A stretch of DNA of 64,000 nucleotides. It comes from Verrucomicrobiota bacterium (GTDB lineage Bacteria > Verrucomicrobiota > Verrucomicrobiia > Methylacidiphilales > JBCCWR01). How positions within the stretch are numbered: the stretch's first letter is position 1; every line of letters begins with the position of its first letter. Positions 19,601 to 28,964 of this stretch are shown piece after piece. The DNA is taken from positions 2,966 to 66,965 of the forward strand of contig JBCCWR010000002.1 of assembly GCA_039193385.1 (NCBI GenBank), in the 5' to 3' direction. Both the position numbers and the translations under genes were made by a program. The notes below the pieces were generated by a model. That model worked only from the letters and a program-made list of their open reading frames with translations. It made no database searches and was not told the origin of the DNA.

Positions 19601-20684
19601 GCCCCCAGGAACTGGCTACGTCGCCCTCATACTTCGCCTCGTCATAGACTACGGGTTTTTGGTATCTATCACGAAGTTCGAGCCCTCCGTCCTTTAAACC
19701 ACTGGCATCACCCTGGTAACTGACGTGAGTAACCCACGATTTATTATGATCGAAAACATTTTTTGGAAAACCGGGATAATTATGGATGCTTCTAAGGTGG
19801 TCATAGGGGTCTTTGTTTTGAAAAAAAGTTCCCATAGCATCCCAAAAATCATCGGGAAACCCTACCAGATGATACTCGTTGGCCATGGACCACCACACAT
19901 TGCGGTAGCATGCGAGCCGCGCGATCATGTAGTCCCAGTAGCGCTCCATTTCTTCCTGGGTTTGGTTGTTTTTGAATCCGAAAGTCAAACCGTTGTAAGA
20001 ATCGTAGGGATGCATGACGATGATATCTGCTTCGATTCCGAGATCTTGGAGTTGATTCAAACGCATTTCCAAATTGTGCCAGAAGTCGGGGTTGAAACGG
20101 GTGAAATCCCAGTTCTCCAGGGTGCCTTCCACCGGATAATGCTCTGGCTCTACATCGTTCCCGTAGTTGAATGATTTCGGGAATATGCATATCCTAATTT
20201 TGTTAAATCTGTGTTGACTGAGGGTCTCTAGGGTCCGATCTTGCAAGGCAGTGGTCTGGTTGATCCAGCCATAAACCGTAGTGCCATTCTCAAAGTAGGG
20301 AGTGCCATCTTCATATTGGAAATGGAAGGTGTCTCGCACGCTGACTGGGCCGCGATTGTTTCCGGTAGGCGGCACACAGGTAAACGAGCCAGCCTGGCCG
20401 TCCAAAGCCGGTGCGTTGCTAACAGTTGTGTAATTCCAGACACCTTCAGAGCGTGGCATGAAACGGATTTTGTAGATCCCGTTTCCATCATAGAAACCGG
20501 GAACCGTGATACTGGTGCTTCCTTGGCTAAAGTTAGCATCGAGGGTGACATCGACATAGGGATTACCGCTTGACGGGCCAGACAGTGTGACTTCAAAGCA
20601 GTCCCATTTTTCAACAGACTGGGCATTCAGAGAGACAAAGGAGAAGCAAAGTGCGAGCAATAGTGGGATATAGTTTTTTTTCAT
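16620..20684 (-). CDS. Secreted multidomain glycoside hydrolase: DUF5060-like N-domain, clan GH-A TIM barrel (DUF4038/GH140-like), cadherin-like domains and repeated unknown modules
   Basis: Signal peptide present. N-terminus KWDCFEVTLSG...GIYKIRFMPRSEGVWNY looks like DUF5060. Barrel motifs are WWSMANEY (acid/base NE) and VVYDEAKYEG. Three dystroglycan/cadherin-like segments (D.DGDTL(T/S)YSKVSG(P/L)(G/P)WL..AADGTLSGTP) and one MAM/LamG-like module follow. Confidence 0.72.
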   Translation of the reverse strand: MKKNYIPLLLALCFSFVSLNAQSVEKWDCFEVTLSGPSSGNPYVDVTLDANFSQGSTSITVPGFYDGNGIYKIRFMPRSEGVWNYTTVSNAPALDGQAGSFTCVPPTGNNRGPVSVRDTFHFQYEDGTPYFENGTTVYGWINQTTALQDRTLETLSQHRFNKIRICIFPKSFNYGNDVEPEHYPVEGTLENWDFTRFNPDFWHNLEMRLNQLQDLGIEADIIVMHPYDSYNGLTFGFKNNQTQEEMERYWDYMIARLACYRNVWWSMANEYHLVGFPDDFWDAMGTFFQNKDPYDHLRSIHNYPGFPKNVFDHNKSWVTHVSYQGDASGLKDGGLELRDRYQKPVVYDEAKYEGDVASSWGQLSGEEMTARYWDATVKGTYLGHGECYLSPDNILWWSRGGSLKGTSPARIDWFDTLMNHIPEKKLEPVSGDEQAAQNGDDYFLYYYGDQTATSRNYNMPAGIDYRVSLLDTWNMTITDKGIQSGSFSITMPNDPYLAVQMYKAGTEPTAPNFIIDSLIANKAYSGNAYTGSIADRAFDPNGDTVSYLKISGPGWLSVAADGTLSGTPSAADIGSNTFTINVSNGNGENDIATMNLLVVSGNESLIQSDDFESGFGNWASGGARCIRVENGDGSYRIRVIQNGDDSTLSSTHDLPLDGYTEVTVEYTFSLANLESGEGHKLEMSTNSGKSWTGVHKIGRGKLTSDDPRNWTTYVDERVTIADYTLTNQTRFRFKGNANGAAKEFSTLDDIRIYASGSIAGGPTPPNNPPVFNVDPINGLDANEDVAYSDTIAGSATDADGDTLTYSKVSGLPWLTIAADGTLSGTPTSSDLGVNYFTVMVADGQGGTDEVQLNITVVAAQALLSIDFDTTKTGSMNTYSGSGITPGNASMMPLPGQSGLWNSLGVGSGDTQSLRTNPVLSNLIDGKGQATSVHFELNYQGLVYRTWEDSSTPDLLGRDVVYTQYGIAGRNLKWRFNGLRPDTQYTIRVFGQVSGSDGWSSNRGYFAVNSSLIPMPLQNYMDFTVVSDSQGQITGRLNSDGTISAMSGLQITSSTTSAFNYQPTFGEDVITVGGASGGSVYSGTIAGTATDVDGDVLSYSKVSGPGWLNVAADGTLSGTPTNSDAGNNVFVIEASDGQGGLAEVQLEIDVTEVSDLISIDFDTTKTGGVNTYAGSDTTPGNAAMVPLAGQEGAWNSLVVGPGDALSLITNPTLSNLIDGQGNTTSVQFELNYEGRVYRTWEDTNANDTLGRDLVYTQLRVAGKNLRWRFSGLSPDTEYTIRIFGQVSGTGNYAVNSGLFSVPANNEFFRMPSVNYIDFTYTSTSTGEITGQLQSNGGVDAMSGLQIISSAFLETD
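16623..18390 (-). repeat. Tandem in-frame duplication (two units of about 295 aa) inside the 1354-aa gene
   Basis: The units at about 17511-18390 and 16623-17510 each encode a cadherin-like domain, then (L/I)SIDFDTTKTG..NTY(S/A)GS...NLIDG(K/Q)G..TSV.FELNY.G.VYRTWED...(K/R)WRF.GL.PDT.YTIR(V/I)FGQVSG and end in AMSGLQI(T/I)SS. The period is about 885 nt. Confidence 0.85.
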
Positions 20685-20957
20685 AACGATGTCCTAACTC
20701 CTTAAGCAGTCGTTGGGGTTTATTCTAGGGAGAGAGCAAAGGTTTAACTTTTTATAATCCATATTGTTATTATGGTTTTTATTGAATATGTGGTTATGTT
20801 GGCAAATATAAGTTGGCTCGTCAATATAATCTACTTTTTAATGTTAAGACCTAGTCATCGCGCTTACAACGAGTTCAAGCGGCCTAGCCTGTAGCCTCTA
20901 AGAGATGCAAAAAAGCTATTCTCGGCCAAAGTAGATAACAAAATACCCAAAAGAGCA

Positions 20958-21140
20958 GTGTTTTTGGGTTTTATAGATCGTTGGCCAAGAGTTGTAGAGT
21001 CTGAGCATCGCGAAGTTCTAAGGTTATGCGAAAGTCACAAACTGCATGGAAAAGCCATCGGTTTCTTTGATAGGCCAATTTTGTGTTCTGCGATTCTCAA
21101 TGAAGTGCTTAAGTGGACATTGGACAAAAAGTTGGCTTAA
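20958..21140 (+). pseudogene. Possible remnant of a PIN-domain (VapC-like) toxin, C-terminal part only
   Basis: LHGKAIGFFDRPILCSAILNEVLKWTLDKKLA resembles the VapC C-terminus (G.GIG..D..LA..A.....LWT.DK.L). No PIN N-terminal Asp motif and no antitoxin gene lies upstream, and a stop sits at 20892. This is a weak call. Confidence 0.3.
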
Positions 21141-21198
21141 TCTTAAGAAGAGCTAACTGACTTCTGACTTAGCTGTGTTTCTTTTGTTTTTTCACAGT

Positions 21199-22425
21199 TT
21201 AATTGCTTGGTTCATTGCTGACCGATTTCAACACAGCAATGGCTTTCTTGCGCAGTTCCTCATTCGTCGGGTTTCGTCCATGTTTTACCTTAAAGGCAGC
21301 CACGGCTCGCTTCATGCCGGTGTAATAGTTCGACAAAGTATGGTAGAATGGCTGTTCTAAATTAGTGTCATCAATGAGCCACACTCCACGGTGCTTGCCA
21401 TTGATTTTTTCGTTGCAGTACAGCTCCCAATAGAGGACGAATGGACAACCCCACTCGACAGCGCTGAGACATACGTCTCGGGCGAATTCATCCTGTTTCT
21501 CAGGCGTCCCCGCCGCTGCCAAGGGAAGACCATATTCCCCTATAAAAACACGCTTACCTTGAAATCCGGGTTTGGAGGGCAGTTTCGACTCGATGTAGTC
21601 CAAGGCTTTCTGCAGCGCTTCCCGCACATTGTCTTTGTTGGGTTTGGTCGTGTCATAACTCGAGTAAGATACGTAGTCCAACGTGGTATGGGGAAGCACA
21701 TCGTTGACCAGGCACTTGCCACCCTTCATCCCCTTAGCCACCAAGTTGACCTCAGTGTAATGATAGAGGGAAATACCATCCACGGGCACCTCTCGCTTTG
21801 CATCATCAATGGCTTCCTGACGTACGTTGAGCCAGTCGATCATGCCCTTGATAGCCTCAGGCGTAGGATCTTTGGTCCGGTCGGTTCCTTGATGAAGGAG
21901 CCAATCTCCCTCCCAATGTCCAAGGAGAAATGTCTTACCGGTGCCTTGGTATGTCGTCAACAAATAGGTGGCCAAGGCCTTTATCTCACCATAAGTGGCA
22001 TCACGCTCTGCTTTGGAAAAACCATCTTGCCATCTCACCGGAGCAAAGGTATTGACCCAGATGAGGTAGTAGGCAAAAGGCATGTCCAACACGGCTTTCA
22101 TGGAGGGCTCTTTGTGAGCCAGATCGGTCAAAGACTGGATGTCATCGCGGGGCGGTAGCCCATAGAGCTTGCCCTTATAGCGTTCACTCATAGCAAACTT
22201 CAGAAGATTGGAGCCCATGGCCAGAATACGCTCTGCCGTCTCGACCAGAGTGGTCTTCTCGGTGAACTGATATTTCACGCCGATGGTCTGAGTTCCGAGG
22301 ACGTAGTTGGTGGTATCTATCTCAGACTCAGGACTGGGTCCGTTCAAAATCTGCGCGCTACTTGCGTTTACCCAGAGATGTATGATAACGAAAGCCAAGA
22401 AGCACGTATGATATTTCACGTTCAT
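21199..22425 (-). CDS. Secreted TIM-barrel glycoside-hydrolase-like protein, family unassigned
   Basis: A signal peptide is present from the ATG at 22425 (MNVKYHTCFLAFVIIHLWVNASSAQ). Candidate catalytic pair FLLGHWEGDW and VFIGEYGLP, plus PFVLYWELYCNE, is reminiscent of clan GH-A enzymes. Confidence 0.5.
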   Translation of the reverse strand: MNVKYHTCFLAFVIIHLWVNASSAQILNGPSPESEIDTTNYVLGTQTIGVKYQFTEKTTLVETAERILAMGSNLLKFAMSERYKGKLYGLPPRDDIQSLTDLAHKEPSMKAVLDMPFAYYLIWVNTFAPVRWQDGFSKAERDATYGEIKALATYLLTTYQGTGKTFLLGHWEGDWLLHQGTDRTKDPTPEAIKGMIDWLNVRQEAIDDAKREVPVDGISLYHYTEVNLVAKGMKGGKCLVNDVLPHTTLDYVSYSSYDTTKPNKDNVREALQKALDYIESKLPSKPGFQGKRVFIGEYGLPLAAAGTPEKQDEFARDVCLSAVEWGCPFVLYWELYCNEKINGKHRGVWLIDDTNLEQPFYHTLSNYYTGMKRAVAAFKVKHGRNPTNEELRKKAIAVLKSVSNEPSN

Positions 22426-22591
22426 AGGTTTCTTACCTATGAATGTTAAAAGATAAATACAAGGATGAAAGAGAAACCTTTTCCCACCAAGACGCACGAC
22501 CATTTAATGAAAAGTAAAAAGAGAAAAGAGTTCCGGTAGCTGAAAAACTGAGCACAGGACTTGGATGAAGCAAGTTAGTGGACCCTGTGGA

Positions 22592-23314
22592 TCATTCGTT
22601 TACGGCCTGCTTTGCAGCCAACTTGAGTTGATTTGCCGTTCGACTTTCCAATGAGTTGTTCCACCGAATAGTTGTCGGGTCTCTGTCTGCAAGAACTTGC
22701 ATAAAAACACATGCCGCCAGGTAAGCGCCCCTCTTGCTGGGATGACTACCATCCTTCGCATAAAGAGACCGAAACAAGTTCTCATCCAAGTCGTATACGG
22801 CTCTGAACGCTAGACCCACCGGAGCTATCAAGGCCGCATTATCTCGAGCTGCCTGTTCATAGTTCTCGGCCAACTTTTTTTGCATGGTTGGAAAGTCTGG
22901 AAAACTATTGGGGTTCCGAGCATCCCCATCGCGACGACCCCACGTCATATATAGGCACATTTTCGGCTGTGGTTTAAGATCGCTAAAAAACTGAGAAAAA
23001 CCTTTGACTGCCATATGAAAAGACTTTGTATACTTGCCGGGTAAGGCGGGCGTCTGGCTTTGATCCTGTAAGATGATGAAGGACCAATCCTTACTTCTTA
23101 GTTTATCCAAGATCGCCGGGTTATTGAGATGTTGGGTGAGATTCTTTCCTCCCGGAGCGATGAAATCGAAATGGACATGCACACCTTCCCGTTTGAATAA
23201 CTCAGTGACCGTTTGCTTGATTCCTTGCGTATAACTATTGCCAATGAAAAGAATATTCTCTTCACCGAAAGCGGGCAGCGTAGTGGCTAAGGCAACAAAT
23301 AAAATATTAAGCAT
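22592..23314 (-). CDS. SGNH/GDSL-like hydrolase (DUF4886-like), probable carbohydrate esterase
   Basis: Signal peptide from the ATG at 23314. Block I ILFIGNSYTQG and block V DGSHPSKRGAYLAA are present. About 240 aa. Confidence 0.62.
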   Translation of the reverse strand: MLNILFVALATTLPAFGEENILFIGNSYTQGIKQTVTELFKREGVHVHFDFIAPGGKNLTQHLNNPAILDKLRSKDWSFIILQDQSQTPALPGKYTKSFHMAVKGFSQFFSDLKPQPKMCLYMTWGRRDGDARNPNSFPDFPTMQKKLAENYEQAARDNAALIAPVGLAFRAVYDLDENLFRSLYAKDGSHPSKRGAYLAACVFMQVLADRDPTTIRWNNSLESRTANQLKLAAKQAVNE

Positions 23315-23563
23315 GCGCACCATTGAGAAAAGTATCTTTGAGATTACCCAAGTAAGAATGCCGGTGCCCTTTAGTGGATTCAATTCCTAATGAGAACGAT
23401 ACGTTCCCTTTTTCTACAAAGGAAGAATGAAGAAAAATGACAGACATTTAATAACGATGAGAGTTGCTTCGCATTTAAATAGAGCTATAAACCAAGCCGA
23501 AACCAGTGCCATTACGATGCAAAAGAAATTTAAAATATTACCCATGACGGACGGACCCTTTTT

Positions 23564-25105
23564 ATGATTCAGCTTATTTTTCGAAAATATGGCAATCGCC
23601 AATACCTTAAAGATGATCTTCTCTCCGGATTGACCGTTGCCCTTGCCCTTGTTCCTGAAGCCGTCGCTTTTGCCTTTGTGGCAGGAGTCAATCCCCTCGT
23701 TGGGCTTTATGCTGCCTTCATTATCGGTCTTGTTGCATCGATAGCAGGAGGACGCCCAGGCATGATTTCTGGCGCGACTGGTGCGCTTGCTGTTGTTGTG
23801 GTGTCATTGGTCGCAACACACGGAATAGAGTATTTATTTGCTACGGTTGTTTTATGTGGCGTCTTGCAAATCACCGCCGGGCTTTTTCGCCTGGGGAAAT
23901 TTATTCGTCTGGTCCCACATTCGGTGATGTTTGGCTTTGTCAATGGTCTGGCTATCGTCATTTTTATGGCCCAACTCGATAGTTTTAAAATCAGTAATGA
24001 TGCGGGTGAGAAAGTGTGGATGCAAGGCAGTGGCCTTTGGATGATGCTGGGCCTGGTTGGCCTGACCATGCTCATCATACAGTTTTTACCCAAATTGACG
24101 AAGGCTGTACCCTCCTCGCTCATGGCCATCTTAGTGACTTCTGCCATTGTCATTGGTTTTGGTCTAGATACCCCGTCCGTAGGTGATGTCGCCAGTGTCG
24201 CAGGTGGCTTCCCGAGTTTTCACATACCTGGTGTTCCCTTTAATCTGGAAACATTAGCGATCATTTGGCCCTTCGCGTTGACCATGGCAAGTGTGGGCTT
24301 GATCGAGTCCTTGATGACTATGTCCCTCATCGATGAGCTCACTGAGACGCGAGGCAAAGGAAATCGTGAATGCGTGGGGCAGGGCCTAGCCAATGTTTTC
24401 ACGGGTTTCTTTGGAGGTATGGGTGGATGTGCGATGATTGGCCAGTCGATGATTAATATCCGCTCCGGAGGCCGCACACGCCTTTCAGGTATTTCAGCAG
24501 CGTTGTTCCTGCTTCTTTTCATCCTGTTTATCCCGAATTTGATCGAAAAAATCCCTATTGCTGCGCTCGTAGGAGTTATGTTTATGGTGGTCATAGGCAC
24601 CTTCGAGTGGACCAGTTTTCGCATCCTGAACAAAATCCCCAAGGTAGATGCATTCGTATTGATCATGGTGTCCTTAATCACCGTTTTGCTGCACAATCTA
24701 GCCCTTGCGGTCATCGCCGGTGTTGTTATCTCTGCACTGGCTTTTGCCTGGGAAAGTGCCACGCATCTCCGCGCCGAAGTCTCCAAAGATGAAAAAGGCA
24801 TCAAACACTATGACCTTTTTGGTCCCTTGTTTTTTGGATCGGTTAAATCCTTTCAAGATATCTTTAACCCATCCAAGGACCCCAAAGAAGTCGTTATCGA
24901 CTTTCAGAATTCGCGGGTCTGGGACCACTCTGGCATCGAAGCCATTAACTCACTGACGAAGCGCTATGGGAAGCGAGGAACCATCTTGCATCTACGCCAC
25001 CTTAGCGCAGAATGCCGACAACTGCTCGATAAAGCGGGTAACATGATCGAGGTCAACATCGTCGAAGATCCCAAATATCATATAGCCGAAGACAAGCTCG
25101 ATTAA
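23564..25105 (+). CDS. SulP-family anion (sulfate) transporter with a C-terminal STAS domain
   Basis: SulP N-terminal motif [24 protein letters not shown]. About 11 TM segments. The C-terminal STAS-like region has [19 protein letters not shown]. Confidence 0.9.
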   Translation: MIQLIFRKYGNRQYLKDDLLSGLTVALALVPEAVAFAFVAGVNPLVGLYAAFIIGLVASIAGGRPGMISGATGALAVVVVSLVATHGIEYLFATVVLCGVLQITAGLFRLGKFIRLVPHSVMFGFVNGLAIVIFMAQLDSFKISNDAGEKVWMQGSGLWMMLGLVGLTMLIIQFLPKLTKAVPSSLMAILVTSAIVIGFGLDTPSVGDVASVAGGFPSFHIPGVPFNLETLAIIWPFALTMASVGLIESLMTMSLIDELTETRGKGNRECVGQGLANVFTGFFGGMGGCAMIGQSMINIRSGGRTRLSGISAALFLLLFILFIPNLIEKIPIAALVGVMFMVVIGTFEWTSFRILNKIPKVDAFVLIMVSLITVLLHNLALAVIAGVVISALAFAWESATHLRAEVSKDEKGIKHYDLFGPLFFGSVKSFQDIFNPSKDPKEVVIDFQNSRVWDHSGIEAINSLTKRYGKRGTILHLRHLSAECRQLLDKAGNMIEVNIVEDPKYHIAEDKLD

Positions 25106-25306
25106 TGGAATGCTCTCTAAAAATCTGAGCTCGGGATCAGAAAGCTGTATTTAAAACAGACTCTTGGGAAAATCAGTGTGTGAGAAAAAACTAAACCAAG
25201 AATCCGTGATTCTTGGAACGATCGCCTTGCGTTCGCAAAATTAATTAGGCATGAGCCTAAGAGCTTGACTTTCAAAGATCCATAGTGGAATAAGTACGCT
25301 ATTTAA

Positions 25307-25388
25307 ATAAAGTTAAAGTTAACTTAAATTTTTTAATTCTAGAAAATAAAAGAGCGTCAGCAGACCACACGATAAAGTTAAAATTAAC
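25307..25388 (+). promoter_or_regulatory. Two 17-nt direct repeats (ATAAAGTTAAARTTAAC) upstream of the beta-helix gene; possible operator
   Basis: ataaagttaaagttaac at 25307-25323 and ataaagttaaaattaac at 25372-25388 match at 16 of 17 positions and start 65 nt apart. The second ends 18 nt before the ATG at 25407. Function is inferred only. Confidence 0.3.
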
Positions 25389-25406
25389 AGATCAAAACCC
25401 AAGCGT

Positions 25407-28400
25407 ATGAAAATTAAAATCAAAAGTGCTTTAATGGTTATTTGTATGCTGGCAGCGACTCCACTTGCCAAAGCACAAATCTTTACTGCTATTGCAGATG
25501 CTCATGTAGCCGAAACCTCTCCGAACAACAATAATGGCTCACTAAAACGCTTACAGCTTAGAAGTGGCGCTTTAGGAAAAAAGAGCATCGCCTACATCAA
25601 GTTTGAAGTCCAAGGATTGCAGGGCAAGGTAAGACTGGCTCGTCTCAAGGTCAAAACCAAATCAGCGGATGGTCTGGTAAATGTGCATGCTATTTCCGAT
25701 AACAATTGGGTGGAAACCGACATTACTTGGAATAAAAAACCCGCTCTCACCAGTGTTATTGATACCATTACTGCTTACTCTGGACAGTGGATCACTTTGG
25801 ATGTCACTAAGGCCATCAAGGGAGATGGCATCTATACATTTGCACTGACGAGTTCAGCCGATACTGATTCTAGAAGCGATTTTTCCAGTCGGCACACAGG
25901 TGCTGCCCCTATTTTAGATATCGGAACAGACCATGTATTAGATTGGCAGGTAGTGAAGACGGTCTATCCCACTGATGATGTCGTTGTGGCGGGGGTAGTG
26001 ATGGATGCGAGCCGTCTACCCTATGATCCGGAGAATGAAGATTGCTCACCGGCGATTCAAAAAGCGCTGGATGAAGTAGGGGCTGCTGGAGGCGGAACGG
26101 TCTTTCTACCTGTAGGTATCTATCGGTGTGATGCCGTCATCGATTTTCCGATGGACGTCCATTTGCGAGGGGACTGGGGCAAGATTACAGATAAAGACAA
26201 AACAGTTCGCGGGACGATCCTTAAAGTGATCTACAACGGAATGCACACGAATGAGAGCCCTCCATTTATCCAATTGAACTACAGGAGCGGTTTGCAGAAT
26301 TTATCTATCTGGTATCCAAATCAAAGCTTAAGCTCAGTCGTTCCCTACGCCGCAACCATTGGTGTGACCGACTCGCTCATTGCAGAGATCCGGATTGAGA
26401 ATGTCAATTTAGTTAACTGCTACCGTAGTTTCATTCTAAATACTAGCAACCTTCGCTCCAACATTAATGGGATCTACGGTTCCCCTTTAAACATGGGACT
26501 CTATCAGCAAGCTTCTAGAGATATTCCTAGTTTTTCCAGAGTTTACTTTTCTTCAGAATACTGGGCTCAATCCGGCCTGAAAAATGCGCCTAAGCGATCA
26601 GAACTCATGGAGTATATGAAAAATAATACCACCGGAATCAAAATCGATGCTTCGGACAACATTCTGGCCAATGAGTTACACGTGGCTGACTGTCAGATTG
26701 GCTTCCACTTTACAGAGTATCCTGGCGAGGGAACTATGAACGGTATGGTCTACGGATGGAGTTCAAAGAACTGTGTGATTGGTTTGTTAGCTGATCCAAT
26801 TGGGGACACCCGCTTCATTAATTGTCATTTCTCGGGGGATACCGCTGTAGAATTGAAAGGCCAAACTATGGATCTTTTTTTTAATGGATGTTTCTTTGAA
26901 TCAACAGTTTCATCCTATGATTTGATAGATGGGCGAGATAAGAGACTCGTCTATCTTCACTTTCAAAACTGTCGTTTTAAAAATAAGATCGATGTGCCCA
27001 AAGGGCATCTGTCGATCGTGAATTCTACCTTTGATTATGTAGGCGATATACCCATTGAGTTAGATAAATTGACTCAATCGGCAGTTCTAGCTGGAAACAC
27101 CTTTGCCTATAAAGGCGACCCGATTAAACTAAAACGCACAGACCCGTCAAAGGTGCTCATCGACAAGAACCCTACCTACTCAGAAAAGTTCTTACCTTTT
27201 GATGCAGAAGGCTACGATCAAATCCGCAAACCAGCAGACACGCACATGATCGTCATCGGGAGCCGGGGCTATGAAGTTGCAGTTGATGGTACAACCGATG
27301 ATGCACCAGTTCTTCAGCTAGCGCTCAATGACGTGGCAGCTCTAGGAGGTGGTATTGTAATGGTTCCACAACTATGCGATGCAGGCTATGCCATTCGCTC
27401 ACCACTTAGGATACCGCCTGGAGTCGAGTTGCGCGCATCTGCCGAGGGCAAGCACTCTCTTCGGGCAGCTCAAAATATGCCAGGAGCTCTTTTTCAAATA
27501 TACTATGGGCGTGGAGGTTCGGATCCTGCGATTACTCTTCAAAAAGGGAGTGGCTTTAGAGGATTCACCATTTACTACCCTGAGCAGCTTATTAATGACC
27601 TTACACCCTATGCCCCGGCAATTCATATAGCTGGAGATGATGCCTATGTGCAAAACATCCAGTCGGTCAATGCTACGGACTTTATTCTTTGCACCAACAG
27701 CACTAATGTCTTGCTCGAACGTCTAACTGCTGATCATACAGATCGATTATTCAAGCTCGTAAATTGCACGAACAGTCGAATCAATTCCGTTAATATTTAC
27801 GGGGAGTGGGACGACACGGGACTGGGCCCCTATTTGGAACAGGATATTCGTCTGATGGAACATGGAATGGCCCATTGCCTTGCTTATGAGATCATAGATT
27901 CGAGTAATATAGAAATTTTTTCGACCTTTGGCAGAGCTTGTTATTTAGGGGGCAGATTTATTAATTCATCTGTGCATACCTTACAATTTTCGTTTGAGTC
28001 ATATAGTAACGGGATAGAGATAGATGGAATACCCTCCGGGAAACGTGTGGAACTGCTAGGTTCATCAATGCGTGTGGATCGTGATTATAAAGAATCTGAA
28101 AAGATATTCCTAGATGTTAAAGGAAACTCCGACAGTGGAGCTTTTCGATTAATTTCATCTATGCTAGACGGCTATCCAGATACTATTTTAAAGTCAACTA
28201 ATCTAGACTGCACACTGCAACAGTGTGCCTTTGTTATGGATCGATTTAAAATGGCTAAGCAGGGAGTGCACTTGGACGGAGATGAGCCCGCAGTTACCCG
28301 CATTGAAAATTGTGCCATTGATTTTCCACACCTTTTCACAGATATAGCCAATATATCTGGGAAACGCTTGGAAATGGTGGGCAACATCTGTATGGCCGGG

Positions 28401-28964
28401 TTGGAATATCCGCAGAATAGTACTCAATATCTCGATTCGGTCGATCCATTAGAGATATCGCCGAAGATCCGTTTTGCCGCCGTAGCGAACCTGGTGACCC
28501 CAAGAGTTAGCACTCCTTTCCATTCAACACCCATCGACGGAGGGATGACTCTGCTTTCGATAGACTTTGAAACTGAGTATTTCGAGCACGATGCCTTGCA
28601 GTATATGTTTGGATATCGTCCGAGTGAGACTTCTAGCAATCTTGTTTTTGAAGTAACGAGTCAGCTTTTTGATGAAAAATATAAATCGACTTCGGTAGGC
28701 ATCCAATTCGGCTATTATTCAAAGGAAGCAGGAACTGTTTCGGTTGAATATCAATTACCTAAAGCTGATTGGGTCGTCGTGGATACGCTGAAGCTTAAAG
28801 ACGAAACCGCCGAAACAAAATTCGAAACAAAAGTGATAAAAGTCTCAGAGAACTTGCTACAACAAGGCACCCGTATTCGTCTCGTGCTCCAGTCAGGTAA
28901 TGCATTGTTTTCATTCATATCAGTAAATGGCAAGGATCTCCTACCAATACCCTTTGGGACTTGA
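25407..28964 (+). CDS. Secreted protein with a DNRLRE-like N-domain and two tandem right-handed beta-helix (Pectate_lyase_3 / GH55-like) domains
   Basis: Signal peptide present. ADAHVAETSPNNNNGSLKRLQLRSG..IAYIKFEV is DNRLRE-like. There are two copies of the beta-helix N-cap motif: DCSPAIQKALDEVGAAGGGTVFLPVGIYR and TDDAPVLQLALNDVAALGGGIVMVPQ. Confidence 0.6.
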   Translation: MKIKIKSALMVICMLAATPLAKAQIFTAIADAHVAETSPNNNNGSLKRLQLRSGALGKKSIAYIKFEVQGLQGKVRLARLKVKTKSADGLVNVHAISDNNWVETDITWNKKPALTSVIDTITAYSGQWITLDVTKAIKGDGIYTFALTSSADTDSRSDFSSRHTGAAPILDIGTDHVLDWQVVKTVYPTDDVVVAGVVMDASRLPYDPENEDCSPAIQKALDEVGAAGGGTVFLPVGIYRCDAVIDFPMDVHLRGDWGKITDKDKTVRGTILKVIYNGMHTNESPPFIQLNYRSGLQNLSIWYPNQSLSSVVPYAATIGVTDSLIAEIRIENVNLVNCYRSFILNTSNLRSNINGIYGSPLNMGLYQQASRDIPSFSRVYFSSEYWAQSGLKNAPKRSELMEYMKNNTTGIKIDASDNILANELHVADCQIGFHFTEYPGEGTMNGMVYGWSSKNCVIGLLADPIGDTRFINCHFSGDTAVELKGQTMDLFFNGCFFESTVSSYDLIDGRDKRLVYLHFQNCRFKNKIDVPKGHLSIVNSTFDYVGDIPIELDKLTQSAVLAGNTFAYKGDPIKLKRTDPSKVLIDKNPTYSEKFLPFDAEGYDQIRKPADTHMIVIGSRGYEVAVDGTTDDAPVLQLALNDVAALGGGIVMVPQLCDAGYAIRSPLRIPPGVELRASAEGKHSLRAAQNMPGALFQIYYGRGGSDPAITLQKGSGFRGFTIYYPEQLINDLTPYAPAIHIAGDDAYVQNIQSVNATDFILCTNSTNVLLERLTADHTDRLFKLVNCTNSRINSVNIYGEWDDTGLGPYLEQDIRLMEHGMAHCLAYEIIDSSNIEIFSTFGRACYLGGRFINSSVHTLQFSFESYSNGIEIDGIPSGKRVELLGSSMRVDRDYKESEKIFLDVKGNSDSGAFRLISSMLDGYPDTILKSTNLDCTLQQCAFVMDRFKMAKQGVHLDGDEPAVTRIENCAIDFPHLFTDIANISGKRLEMVGNICMAGLEYPQNSTQYLDSVDPLEISPKIRFAAVANLVTPRVSTPFHSTPIDGGMTLLSIDFETEYFEHDALQYMFGYRPSETSSNLVFEVTSQLFDEKYKSTSVGIQFGYYSKEAGTVSVEYQLPKADWVVVDTLKLKDETAETKFETKVIKVSENLLQQGTRIRLVLQSGNALFSFISVNGKDLLPIPFGT

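Noticed and set aside
21391-22158. Long antisense ORFs inside large genes. Examples are 21391-22158, 24220-24804, 10997-11602, 15397-15960, 58419-59024, 19725-20174 and many short ones inside the RHS and LamG genes.
   Set aside because: Each lies fully within a strongly supported gene on the opposite strand and has no motifs. These are typical shadow ORFs.
23414-23602. 62-aa hydrophobic minus-strand ORF upstream of the SGNH esterase gene
   Set aside because: It overlaps the SulP start region on the other strand. It is low-complexity and hydrophobic with no supporting features.
25196-25216. 9-bp perfect hairpin ccaagaatc-cgt-gattcttgg about 90 nt after the SulP stop
   Set aside because: It has no following U-tract and only a 3-nt loop. 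It could be a protein-binding palindrome, but there is nothing to support a terminator call.
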